Below, in pieces: positions 37,342 to 50,540 of a stretch of DNA of 64,000 bases (position 1 is its first letter; each line of letters begins with the position of its first letter). The position numbers were made by a program, and so were the translations under genes. The stretch spans positions 488,726,958-488,790,957 of the forward strand of contig NC_133617.1 of assembly GCF_048593235.1 (NCBI RefSeq), in the 5' to 3' direction. The stretch is from Sminthopsis crassicaudata. Its lineage: Eukaryota. The notes beneath the pieces are model-generated. The model was not told the DNA's origin. It saw only the letters and a program-made list of their open reading frames with translations, and did not search any database.

Positions 37342-39996
37342 TTATGCCACATATTTGGCCTTAAGAAGAGCCATGTCCCGCACAGCCCTGTCTGTCCAGT
37401 GTCCATATTCTCGGGTCACCACATAGCCTCGACATTTCCTCTCAAATGCAGAGGCTCCAAAGGGTGCAGGTCCAAGAGCATCCACTTCGGGAGGAATGGA
37501 CACTCCCAGAACTGTCATAACAGAAGCCATATTGCCCATCAGGCCCTGGGCCCGGAGCCTTGCAGCTGCCAATTGAGAAAGCAAGACAGAACTTCCAGGG
37601 TTGAGGTCAGCCTGGTCATCATTCACAAGCTGAAGATGCTGGGCCAGGGCTGAGAAAGCACCTCGAGTCTGGATTAGCCTCTCACCATCTCCCAGGCCTC
37701 TCCACAACAGAAAGGGGACAGCTGCAGGGGGGAGGCTGCTCAACTGGAGCTCAGGGGCTGAAAAACCTGGGTCACTGAAGGGACTACCTTGGTACTGGAG
37801 CTGTGGAAACAATAGAAAGTACATAGAGTGTAAGCAAGTGTAAGCAAGATACTCCAGTCACATAGGCCCCTAGATGGAACAGGTTCAGGACCCAGGTGAA
37901 AGGATTTAGGTGATACAGTGGATAAATCACTGGAGTACAAATCCCACCTCAGATACTTTCTAGCTGTCTTCTAGATGGGCAAGTCACTTAATAAACACTT
38001 TGCCTCAGTTTCCTCAGTTGTAAAATGTGGATAATACCACCCACCTTGCAGGATTGTTGTGAGAATCAAATAAGATATTTGCATAATGCCTGACAAAAAG
38101 TAGACTCTATATAAATGCTTATTCTCTTCCTTTCTCCTTTGAATTTCTACAACCATAGAATCTTACAAATGGAAAGGACCTTAGAGATTATTCAGTCACA
38201 GATTCTTAAGGTGGAAGGGGCAAAAGGATCTTCTACTACACTTCATCCTGACATGAGAATCCCTTTGGACGATAAATAGCAACTGACATTTTTACATTCA
38301 TTTCAAGTTTGCAAAACACTATATATATTTCATCATAATTGATTCTCGATACAACCCTGTGAAGGAGGTACTTTATGTGTCGCTATCCTAATTTTATAGA
38401 TGAGGAAACTGAATTTAAGAGAGGTAAATTGACCTCTTCATGGTCATACAGAAAATATTGAAGAGATGAGATTCAATTCCTGTTCTTTTGAAAGTAATTG
38501 GTATTAAGTGACTTGTCCAGGATCACACTGCTAGTAAGTTTCTGAGGTCACATTTGAACTCAAGTCCTCCTGACGCCAGTGTTCTATCTCCTGTTCTCTA
38601 ATTCTAAATCAATTGTTTCTATTATATCAACTACCTTTTTAAATTTTATTTTAATTTTTTTAATAACATCCCTCTCAAGTGATCAGGCTTCTGCTTGAAG
38701 ACCTCTCTTGATATGGAAACTTACTCCTTGTAGAGGCAGCTAGTTCTACTTTAGACAACTCTAATGGTTAGATAGTTTCCCCTTCTATTAGGCCTAACTT
38801 TAATATTTTGCCACTTCTACCCTTTGGGAGTCAAAAAGATAAAGTCTAATCTTTCTTCCACATAATAGCCCTTCACAGAGTTCTGATTTTCCAATTCTAG
38901 CCCAATAAAGATATAAAATCTGTGTTAACTTTCAGTTTATAGAGAAGGAATCCAAATGCCAGAGAAAAATAACTTGTTCACCCACTTGGTAGGTGAGCTG
39001 TGACTAGAATCTGAGACATGCTGGTAGATATTTCCAGAAAAATAAATGTAGGAATGAACATTTAAGATTAATCTGAACTGTTAATATTTTCTCCATCATT
39101 TTCTTAAGTCTAGACAGTCAACAAAACAATAAATCAGGCTCTGATTTGTAGCCATGTGCCAGTTTCTGAGGTGTAAATGCATACTCTGAAAATTTCATAC
39201 TTGTATCTCAGGAGCTGGTGGGAGCAGGCTCCAGCACACCTATAACTAAAACCCAATTCTCCTGACTGCTAATAATCTCCATGGCAGGTCTTGAGGTAAT
39301 AATAAAAATTACAATTTGTATTTATATTTGACTTTATAATTTTCAAAATGGAGTTGAGACTTTTCTTTATCCCTTCCCTCAGTTTTCTATTCCTAAAGTC
39401 TCCTTCCTTTCCTCTATTGAAGGAGGCTTCTCTTTGACAACCCTTACTTTTCCCCAGAAGGAAGAACCCCTTTCCTGCAGCCCTATCTTATCTCCAGTGT
39501 AAGAACCTCCTCCACCTGGCCAGCAGTCCACCCTCACTCACGTAAGTCTGCAGCAGCACCGATGTGTTCTTCTGCATGTAGAGGGCCAAGTTATAGGCTT
39601 GGTTGATGGGATCAGCCAGGGATACTGGGGCACCCAGGGTAAAGGGTTCCAGCAACAGAGACAACAGGCAGGGGACAACTGGTTGAAATACAGAGAGAAA
39701 GTCAGAGGCAGGTCTGAGACTTCTCTGTGAGGATCCAACCTCCATTTCTTCAGAAGGCAAGAGCCTTGTCCTATAAAAATTCCCAGCAGATAAAGAGAAA
39801 AAAAGACAAATCTCCCCAAACCAGGCCCAAAGGCACCTGCAGACAGGTTCCCTGAAAGGATAAACAGATAGATGTGTAGAATGGGCCCTCCGGGTTCTCC
39901 CTCCGATTTCTGATCCAGATCCTCTGTCCTTCAGGTTCTATGATTCAGGACTTCTGTCCTCCACAAGTTCAGCTACTTACCTACTAGATTGATCAT
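37342..39996 (-). CDS. CTF2: Cardiotrophin-2/neuropoietin, intact; join(complement 39981-39996, 39542-39678, 37342-37800), 612 nt, 203 aa
   Basis: MINLVVVPCLLSLLLEPFTLG (signal peptide) APVSLADPINQAYNLALYMQKNTSVLLQTY|LQYQGSPFSDPGFSAPELQLSSLP...AARLRAQGLMGNMA...FGASAFERKCRGYVVTREYGHWTDRAVRDMALLKAKYVA. Closely matches recalled rodent neuropoietin; canonical splice sites. Confidence 0.93.
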
Positions 39997-40072
39997 GTTT
40001 GTTCCTCTTTCCTTTGCTCTCTGTCTCTAGGTCCCAGGGGCACCTGTTCTCTCTGGCCCTACCCTGAGGTCC

Positions 40073-40078
40073 TTTATA
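40073..40078 (-). promoter_or_regulatory. CTF2: TATA box of CTF2
   Basis: TATAAA on the minus strand, about 77 nt upstream of an ATG with A at -3. Confidence 0.6.
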
Positions 40079-42154
40079 CCTTTTATCCCTGAGGCTGTGG
40101 ATGGGACAGGCAGAGGACCACACCCTGGAGGAGGGAAGAAGTGGGGGGGGGGAGCCCAGGAAGCAGAAATGGGAATTGGACAGAGAAGAGGGTGACAGGA
40201 AAAAAGAAGGAAGGAGGATGTAGAACATGAGAGATGCCATGGGAAAGAAGATTTGGGAGACTCATAGGAAAAGGAAGAAGGAAAGATAGAAAGAAAGGGG
40301 ATAAATGGAGAGGAAGCCAAGGTAAACCCAATGGGAAAAGAGCCTGAGAACAACAAGGTAAAGAGGCTGCAGAGGGATTCCCCAATAGGATAACCATGGC
40401 CCCCAGCCCTGTTTTCCTTGGTTCCCCCCACCCTTCTTCCATTGCCTGGCCCATAAAACACCAGAAGCAAAGGAGGGAGAGGGCTGAGGGCGGGGAGCGG
40501 ATTATGGGGGACAATGGGGCCGACCGGATCCCTGCAGCTCCGCACGTCCTGAGATCTAGTTTCCCCCAGAGGCGGCTCTACTCCGCCCCTCAGCAAAGGC
40601 TTTCTCTGTCTTTCAGCACCCTCCCAACCCTACCCCCACTCCACCCTTGGCACCCAGTAAGCCATGAAGACTGTTGGCTGGGAGAAGAGGGCAAATGGTG
40701 TCCTAGAGGACAGGAACATCTGGATTCTGAGCTGCGACCAATTATTCTACAAAAATTCACCAAATACTATGGGGTTCCTCTCTATGGCTGGGGATACCAA
40801 AAATAGTTCCCTAAGAACATGGGTCTGAGGGCAGGGCAGCTGGATCCCTGAAATAGGGGTACCCATCTTTTAGGCTATAGTCTGAGAAGGTGGGAGGGGC
40901 AGTAGTCAGTACAGGGAGAATTTGTCTCTAAGTTACTTCAAGGTGTATAAGACTCAATGTGCATATCAAACTATGTCATTTTTATCTCTATTGAACGAGC
41001 ATACCATAACATCTCACACATTACTATTTTTCAAATTTGTTGTGAGTAATAAAATACAAATTCACTTGCACATCATTGGATTTATACCTTTTGTTATTAT
41101 GTATTTTTTTCAAATAGATATGATTAATATAACTACTATCAAAAGTTAATGTTCTGTCACTTAACAAGAATTATCATATTTTTTAAAGTTGAGAGAAATT
41201 GGGAGAAATCTTGCTTTCCTGATCTTCAATGGGTTCTGTGTTCAATCACCTATTGCCCAAACCTCAGAGTCACTCAATGGCCAGGCCCCCAGTCTAACCC
41301 CCATCCAGGCCTTGGAGCCAAGATACTGTCCCACCCTACCTGCCCTGAGGCCTCCACTTCTGGGTAGAAGGATAGGAGCAGCAACTAAATGCCTGGGACT
41401 TAGACATACCAGCTTCCTGAGGTCTTGAAGCTGACAGGGCAGGCCAGGAAGTAGAAGTCTAGCTGGAGAATTAGAGCAAAAAAAAGGTGACCTGGGAACC
41501 AGCTCCAAGATGGCAAACCAGGAGCAAAAGCATGGACAATATTTTTGGAAGCTGACGTGAAGCCAGATATGTAGAGAAGAGCGAGAGCCCTTTGGCAAGC
41601 AGTCCTCTGGCTGAGGGGGGCTGTATGGGGGGAGTAGGTGATGTCAGAGGATTAGCTTGGACTCATTGAGAGGGCTCAGTGAGGCGTGGGGCTGGCAGGA
41701 GGGGGAAGGAGGCAGGAACCCGATCTGAGACCTATTCACAGGTGAAGGGTATACGTGGAGGCAGGAGGGGAGGAGGCAATTTAGGGTGCCTGGATACAGG
41801 TTATTCATTTGGTGACCCGGTATTCCTCCTCTATCACCTCAGCATCTTTATTTCCCATGCTTTATGTCTTAAGGTTCTGCCCCTATTCTCTGTCCAAATC
41901 TTGTGCTATTACTAAGATCTTATTTTCCCTCTTCTAAGACCTATTCTCACTTCTCTCTGAGCTTCATCTTCCTCTTTCACTAGTTTTCATTTCTCTCTCC
42001 CCTTTCTAGGTTTCATTTTTCCTATGTCTATCCCATTCCCTTGACTCCAATTTTACTTCCCTTTTTCTTCCCTGGTCTCAGACACTTCTCCTGGCCTCTA
42101 CACTCTCCCTAGGGAACAGAGAGGTCCTCCCAAGAAAACTGAGACCAGATTATT

Positions 42155-43067
42155 ATTTTTTTTTATTCATTTTTCCAAATTATCCCCTCCCTCCCTCCAC
42201 TCCCTCCCCCCGATGGCAGGTAATCCCATACATTTTACATGTGTTACAATATAACCTAGATACAATATATGTGTGTAAATACCATTTTCTTGTTGCACAT
42301 TAATTATTAGCTTCCGAAGGTATAAGTAACCTGGGTAGATAGACAGTAGTGCTAACAATTTACATTCGCTTCCCAGTGTTCCTTCTCTGGGTATAGTTAT
42401 TTCTGTCCATCATTGATCAACTGGAAGTGAGTTGGATCTTCTCTATGTTGAAGATTTCCACTTCCATCAGAATACATCCTCATACAGTATTGTTGTTGAA
42501 GTGTATAGTGATCTTCTGGTTCTGCTCATTTCACTCAGCATCAGTTGATTTAAGTCTCTCCAGGCCTCTCTGTATTCCTCTTGTTGGTCATTTCTTACAG
42601 AGCAATAATATTCCATAACCTTCATATACCATAATTTACCCAACCATTCTCCAATTGATGGGCATCCATTCATCTTCCAGTTTCTAGCTACAACAAAAAG
42701 CGCTGCCACTAACATTTTGGCACATACAGGTCCCTTTCCACTCTTTAGTATTTCTTTGGGATATAATCCCAATAACAGCAATGTTGGATCAAAGGGTATG
42801 CACAGTTTGATAACTTTTTGGGCATAATTCCAGATTGCTCTCCAGAATGGCTGGATTCTTTCACAACTCCACCAACAATGTATCAGTGTCCCAGTTTTCC
42901 CACATCCCCTCCAACATTCATCATTATTTGTTCCTGTCATTTTAGCCAATCAGACAGGTGTGTAGTGGTATCTCAGAGTTGTCTTAATTTGCATTTCTCT
43001 GATCAGTAGTGATTTGGAACACTCTTTCATATGAGTGGAAATAGTTTCAATTTCATCATCTGAGAAT
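42155..43067 (-). mobile_element. Young 5'-truncated L1 (ORF2 C-terminus, 3' UTR, A tail)
   Basis: ORF 42467-42949 carries the L1 ORF2 end (CWRGCGKTGTLIHCWW...); one nonsense codon just upstream; 15-bp TSD tgagaccagattatt at 42140-42154 and 43068-43082. Confidence 0.96.
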
Positions 43068-43742
43068 TGAGACCAGATTATTTTCAAGAGACAGTCTCAG
43101 AAAAGGCAGTTCTAATGATGAGTCCTGAATGCTTTCAATGTTCAAGATATACTCATAGAATATAGAAAGGGACCTTACAGTTCATTGAGTCCAGCCCCCT
43201 TATTTTGCAGAGGAAGAAACTTAAAAGACAGAGAGGTAAACTGATTTACCTAGGCTCACACAGCTACCAAGTATCTGAGGCAACATCTGGAGGCAGTCCT
43301 TCCTGACTCCCAAGTCCAGCACCTTGCCCATACTGCCACGATGCTTCTCACAGACTGGTAGGAATCCTGATACCACAGACCATAGGTTTTCCTCACATTA
43401 TTAATGGAGAGCTTGACCCCTCCTGTTCTAAAGCTAGACTTGATTCTCCAGGTATTTATCACCCCAACTCTTTCTTAGATGTGTAGATAAATCTGTGACC
43501 TTATAAATGTGGTAACCCCTTCTGCCAAATCCAATTGATTCTTGCCCCTGTCTTTCTACATAATATCCATAGAAAATCCATCCAGTGAGCTAGAGGTCCT
43601 TCTTATATTTTCTTAATAGCCTACCGGGAAAATATTTGGGCTAGCTACATATTCACTCTTCTGACTACATGATCTATCCACCTCATTTTGGGATTATTCT
43701 TGTTTTTTATAATGCCCTTTAATTTTGAAAAGCAATGTGGCT

Positions 43743-43878
43743 AGGGCAGCTAGGTAGTACAGTGGATGGAGCCCTTGAGTCAGAAGAACCTGAATTCAAA
43801 TTGCGCCTCAGACAGTTACTAGCTATGTGACTGGGAGCTAGTCACTTAACTCTGATTGCCCCCCCCAAAAAAAAAATG
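43743..43878 (+). mobile_element. WSINE1/MAR1-like SINE
   Basis: gggcagctaggtagtacagtggat head, B box, A tail. Confidence 0.8.
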
Positions 43879-46800
43879 AATATGGCTAGTAGGTCAAAGT
43901 TCATGGCTCTTCAATCATCTTTCCCCAGAACTTAGTCAATAATGATGATGAAAATATCCTCTACAAAAATCAATAACTTCAGTTCTATTGATATCTTTGC
44001 ACATAATTTTATAGGTATGTCTAATGCCAATTCTGTAGGTATGGGATCAATGTAGTTATTGGAAGGAACACTGAATCTGGAGGCAACAGAACTAGGGTAA
44101 AGTCACCTCTGTGTTATTTACATCTGTGTGACTTAGAACAGACTCAGTTTTCTCATATGTAAAATGACAAGGCTAGATTAGTGTGCTTCCATTTTAAATT
44201 GGATATTATGTATTCCTAACTGCAACACTACTGGTATCCTCAATCTGAATGCCATAAATAGTCCTAATCTCATGAGAGATAATATAGACAGTAGATAGCA
44301 CAGATTACATAGAGAAGAGTATCAATGCCATATTAACATGATGCTGATCTGGCCAGAGGCAGGTGTCCATATTGGAAAGCAGTGGGAGACAAAGTGGTGG
44401 GGGGGGGCAGATTATGGGAAATGCTGAAGGTTAAATATAGATTTGATGTAGTGAGCCGTTACAATTTGGATCCTTGGCCGAAGAATTATGTATATTGGAA
44501 GAAGGCTATTAGGCATCTGTTGGAGGAGGATGGAATAAAAAGAGAAGAGACTAGAGGTCAAGGTGATTAGGGGTGAGAAGATAGCAATTCCTGAGAAACT
44601 CCATGGCTCAAGCTTGGGCAATACCACAAACAATACTGGCTGTTAGAGAGCAATCTGTTGGTCAGTGAAACATAGAATTCAATGAGGGGGAACTACTCCA
44701 TTCCTCAACTGTACCTCTAAGCCATAAAATTAGCAACAACCTCATTCCTGTAAAATTATCTTCTTTTAATTCTTTGCTAGATCCCCATGGAATTTTGGCT
44801 GGCTTCAATTCGCATTACAATTATAAATTTGCCCTTTGACTTGGAGGGACACTACTGCACCCCTATCACTCCTCAATTTTACCTTTAAGCTATAAAATTA
44901 GCATTAAAAAACTATTTCTCTTTCTCATAAAATTATTTTCTTGCTCCTGATTCTTTGCTAAATTCCCTTGGAATTTACATATCCCGCTACTGATAGCTGC
45001 ATAATAAATCTTTGCCCCTTAACTTGGAATAAATTTGCAAATTATTTTACCATACCTACCCATGACACCGACCTGGGGACCCTCATATTGTTAGGATGTC
45101 TTCCACCTCAAGAAAGAGATCTGACTTCTAATTGTAACGCCAACCCTAAATTTACTCCAAGCAAATCATTTCCTCCCTCCAACCTTTAGTTTCTCCATCA
45201 AATACAGGTCCCCTGTCTCTAAGCCCAGTGTTTGGTCCATGGAATACTCAAATCACATGGAGGGGAAAAAGTACTGGATTTGTAGACAGAGAATTAGGAG
45301 TTTGAAGAGATCTCAGAAATCATTTGGTCCAATTTGTCCCTAAATAGAAATTTCCTCTACAGTGTCATTGACAAGTGGTCATCCAACCTATCTGTGAACA
45401 TCTCTAGTAAGAAGGAACCCATCACCTCCCAAAACAGCCCATTCCAATATGGGACAGTTCATGTTATTAGACAAGTTTTCCTTTCACTGGGTCCAAATCT
45501 GTCTTTGGATACTTTCATTATCACTAGTTTTGCCCTAAAATACACCTTCCACATGACAGATCTTCATATAGTTATCATTCTCTCATCTCCAGACTAAACA
45601 ACCTTCCTTCAACTAATCTTCATAAGCAGATATTCTCAGTCCTTTCACCTATTCTGGTGAGATAGACTTTAGCTTATCTATGTAAATCCTAAAATGTGTG
45701 CAAAACTCAACACATTATTTCAGATGATTCCTAACCAAGACAGAACTATTATCTCCCTCTTTCTGGACATTGATTCTATTAATGTAGTTTAGGTCATCAT
45801 TAATTTTTCTTTTTTGAGGCAGTGAATAGAATGCTAGGCCTAAAGTCAAGAAGAGACCTGAGTTCAAATTTGATCTCAGATACAACTATGTAAACGCTGG
45901 CAAGTCAGTTAACCTCAGTTTTGTTTTATGTAAAATGGAGATAATAATAGCACTTACCTCATAGGGGATATATAATCAAATGGGATAATATTTATAAAAT
46001 GCTTGGCACATGGTAGGTGCTTAATAAATCCTTGCTTCCTTCCTCCCAACTCTTTTTGGCTGCCCTGTTGCACTGCTAATTCATCCATTAAGCCCCTCAG
46101 ATCTTTTTCTTTTTTAGGAAAAAAAATAAGTATTATTGATGCATCTTTTTATATTATCTTGACCTCCCAATACATTTCACTTTTCTACTCCTACAAAGCC
46201 ATTCCTTATCGTAAATAAAACGGGGGGGGGGGGGGGAAACACAACAGTTCAGCAATACTAACCAATATAACAATGAAATCCCAAATTATATGAAGTGTTC
46301 CATAACCCTAGTATTTCACCTTTGAAAAGAAGATGCTTTATCATATCTTTTAAGGCCAGACTTGATCATTGTAATTGGATTATTTCGTTCATTGGTCTAT
46401 TTACATTGGTTTTAACTAAAAGTTGGTACAGGGGGGGTCTAACACAAAACATCCTTAACTGCTTCTGGCTGACTGTAAATTTGAGCTCAGTGCTCAGGTA
46501 CTTCGGGATTGACAAAGCAACCTCCTTATTGGTCACTCTAGCTGGCATTGATGATGACTCAATGGACCTTTAAAAAGGAGTGACTCTGCCTTCAGGCTCT
46601 GTCTTCCTTTGATTCTTCAGGTGGTATTATGTAATTCTGAGACTTCCCATGGTGGTGGTGGGAGGAAGGGCAGCTAATTAATTTTCTCATTGCAGAAACA
46701 CTTGGGAGCTAAAGCATAAACTCAGCCCTACGAGGCCTTAGAAGGGAGATATATATATATATATTAGCTGCTTCTTCCATTTTGGGTTTCTTTTTTGAAT

Positions 46801-47957
46801 GTGGATGCTGGAAACAAACCTTGAAGTGAATCCAAGTTTGGAGATAATCTTATGAGTTCAAAAGATATGGAGGAAATTGAGTCTTTTGGCACAGCAAGAG
46901 CCTGGCAACAAGGGGAGCTTGTACTAATTAATTTTGCAGCAGTTCATGTAAATCTTCCCATGTTCCTCTTGGTCCATCATACATATCATCTCTTAAAATG
47001 TAGTTAACACTTACTACATTAGTTCTCATTGCCTGAAAGTTAGGTATATTATATTTTAGCCCTCCTCCACTGTCCTCCAACATCCTTAAGGAGATTTGGG
47101 ATGCCTACACTTTCTGCAAATGGTTCCAGCCCCTACCAAGGATTTTCTACCAAGTTGGGGGTGGTAGTGGAACCTCCGTTAAATTTTGCTTTTAACAGAA
47201 TAACTTTTACAAAGTAGTATTTATTTTAAAAGGTAGAGTAGCAAATATACAAACTTAATCTTCCCAACACATGGGAGGCATAATTCCCCTTGCTTCCTAT
47301 ATCAACTCAGTCACTAGAAAAGGGTGGAGATTAGGTTAATAATTTGACTCAGTTTCTGTATAACACATAGTTCTCTTTCCAAGTCCAAAACCCATTAGAA
47401 TCTCAAGCATCTTGGTTTCTTTAGGTTTCTCTGCCACTGCTAGTGGCTGAACACATCTTATCTGCAATTTTGGCTCCAAAATTGCCTTGGCTCAAACTCC
47501 TAGAGTTTGATGGGAGATTACCATTGGTTTCCATAGCTCAAAAAGTCAAATAATGCAAAACAGAGATCCCAGGCCCATTTCTCCATGCTAGGTAAAAGGC
47601 AAGGGGATGGGAAAAGATACTTCCTCTCTCGATTCAGCCTCCCTGTCAAATGGGAAAATCAGACAACTGTTAGATAGAATTAGGACTAAACGAAGGGATA
47701 GGATTTTGATGAACAGAGAGGAAGGGGAAAGGCCATTCCAATGACGGGGGAAATAAACTAAGCAAAGGAATGATGTTGAAGAATGAGGATAGCCTATTTT
47801 GTGGAACCATAGGAAGACTGACTTGACAGGAGGAGAAGGTCCACATAGCAGTAAAAAAACAAAACAACAATAAAAACACACACATATGGGTAAAAGAAAA
47901 TAAGAAAGATTTTATTTAAAAAATAGAAGAATAGAACACTCTTAAGAAAGTAAGGGG

Positions 47958-48767
47958 CGCAAAAAGTTATCAAAATGTGCATACCCTTTGACCCAGCAGT
48001 GCTACTACTGGGCTTATATCCCAAGGAAATACTAAAGAAGGAAAAGGGTATGCCATATAAAGAAGGGAAAGTATGTGCCAAAATGTTTGTAGCAGCCCTT
48101 TTTGTAGTGGCAAGAAACTGGAAAATGAATGGATGTCCATCAATTGGAGAATGGTTGGGTAAATTATGGTATATGAAGGTTATGGAATATTATTGGAATA
48201 TGGAATATTAAGAAATGACCAGCACGAGGAATACAGAGAGGCTTGGAGAGACTTACATCAACTGATGCTGAGTGAAACGAGCAGAACTAGGGGATCATTA
48301 TACACTTCAACAACAATACTGTATGAGGATGTATTCTGATGGAAGTGGATATCTTCAACATAGAGAAGAGCTAATCCAGTTCCAATTGATCAATGATGGA
48401 GAGAATCAGCTACACCCAGAGAAGGAACACTGGGAAATGAGTGTAAACTGTGAGCATTTTTTTTTTGTTGTTTTTCTTCCCAGATTATTTTTACCTTCCG
48501 AATACAATTCTTCCTTTGCAACAACAACAATAACAAAATTCGGTTCTGCACATATATATTGTATCTAGGATATACTATAAGATATTTAATGTGTATGAGA
48601 ATGCCTGTCATCTAGGGGAGGGAGTGGAGGGAAGAAGGGGGAAAATTCGGAACAGAAGGGAGTACAAGGGATAATGTTGTAAAAAAAAAAAAAAAAAAGT
48701 ACCTATGCATATGTACTGTCAAAAAATGTTATAATTATAAAAATTAATAAAAAATAAATTTTAAAAA
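47958..48767 (+). mobile_element. Young 5'-truncated L1
   Basis: ORF 47975-48211 (CIPFDPAVLLLGLYPKEILK...VAALFVVARNWKMNGCPSIGEW), 3' UTR and A-rich tail; 14-bp TSD aagaaagtaagggg at 47944-47957 and 48768-48781. Confidence 0.95.
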
Positions 48768-48777
48768 AAGAAAGTAA

Positions 48778-49095
48778 GGGGTGGCACAGTAGATAGAGCA
48801 CAAGCCTTGAATTCAGGAGGAGCCAAGTTCAAATCTGGTCTCAGACACTTAACACTTCCTAGCTGTGTGGCCCTGAGCAAGTCACTTAATCTCAATTGCC
48901 TCAGCAAAGAAAAAAAAAAAGAAAAGAAGAGAAAGGAAGGGGAGCGAGATGATACAGTGGATAGCACACCAGATAATTAGCACATGGGTCCTGGAGTCAG
49001 GAGGACCTAAATTCAAATCTGACCTCAGACACTTGACACTTAACATTTATAGCTTTGTGACCTTGGGAAGTCACAACTCCAAAAAACCCAAAAAA
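48778..49095 (+). mobile_element. Two tandem tRNA-derived SINEs (48778-48929 and an older copy at 48943-49095)
   Basis: Two successive A-box/B-box heads and bodies. Confidence 0.82.
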
Positions 49096-50415
49096 GAAAA
49101 TAATAAACACTGTACTCTTATTTCCTGAATAATGGTTAGTAGAATGGTAAGATATTGATAGATTGCTAAGGGCCCTGAATGCCAGGCTGTAAAGATTTAC
49201 ATTTTATTTTATAAGCAATGATCTCCATTGCTAAATTGTTTTTGAGCAAGGGATAAACAAGGCCAGATTTGTAATTAGAAATAATTTTGGGAAGCTTGTG
49301 AAAGATAGGTTAAAGAAATGAGAAGTTAGGAAGCTCTCACTATACTTCCAACACAAAAGTACCAGGGCTTGACCCTAAAGACATTGGAATGAGAATAGAG
49401 TAAAGTGGATTAATGGGAAAGATATTATAAAGGAAAGAATGAAAAGCCTTTATGACTGATTAACTTATAAGAGTTCAATTTAATTTAATAATCATTTATC
49501 AAGCAATTATTTACAGGATAATATTCTAGTTGTTAAAAATATAAAGGCATAAATTCAATTATTCCTGGTTTAATGAAGCTTATATTTTTCTCAGGGAAAG
49601 GGAAATATGCAACATGTACATACAAGTATAAGGAACATTGAGAACAAAGACCCCCTAATAACTTGGTCAACTCTTTTGCTCTATGTATCCTCACTGATTG
49701 CTTATAAGGGTATAAGCCAGCAATCCTGATCCAGATGTTTCCAATCTTGGTTGCTACTTCATGAGTTGGGGGGTATGTGAGTACCTGAGTTGATAGCTGA
49801 TTCAATGATGGTTGTCCAACAGAGGATTCCTGTGTGAATGGAATCAACAAGATTGTTCGGACCATGAAGGCACTAGGTAGAGGTGCCTGAGTGGCCAGCA
49901 GATTTGGGCCTCAGACAATGAGCTGAGGCAAAGTCCAGCAGCCTCACAAAATACCTTTACCTTTTACAGAAATTAAGATGATGAATCATTGTTTTACCCC
50001 CCAAATATTTGTTAATGTATGCTCAAAGGTCTTTTGTTTTATGCTTTTCTCCATTGGTAGAAAAAATAAATTGCAGTACTGTACCAGATATTTGTATATT
50101 GAACAACTTTATGAGAAAGGATCCTTTTAATCTACTTGTGGGAAGATGCTAGATGCTAGATACATACCATACTTAAGCTTTATTTAGAAATGTCCCCTGG
50201 AACTCTTAAGTGGGGAGCAATGAGAGAATGAAAGAAAAACCTGACTCTTCTCTTTAGGGTCAAACTGCTTCTAGAATGAATGACGCCCCTATGTAAATAC
50301 AGAACAAGAACCTCTTTTCTGGGAGGAGCCACAAATACATACAAAAACATGTAAGAATATCCACATATAAATCCAGATAGGTGGCAAGGGAAAGCAGATA
50401 AGAATGTTAGACTCG

Positions 50416-50540
50416 GAACAGCTAGGTGGCACAGTGGTTAGAGCACCAGCCCTGAAGTGAGAAGGATCTGAGTTCAAATTTGACCCCAGGCACCTAACAC
50501 TTCCTAGCTGTGTGACCCTGGGCAAGTCACTTAAAAGGGA
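50416..50540 (+). mobile_element. WSINE1-like SINE, 3' truncated
   Basis: Head and body present; agaatgttag direct repeat at 50401-50410 and 50542-50551. Confidence 0.82.

Noticed and set aside
39848-39856. STAT GAS-like TTCCCTGAA in CTF2 intron 1
   Set aside because: A single TTCN3GAA is expected by chance every few kb.
40027-40806. 136-189 aa ORFs upstream of CTF2
   Set aside because: Low-complexity purine/pyrimidine tracts. The CTF2 start is already explained by the 16-nt exon and TATA box.
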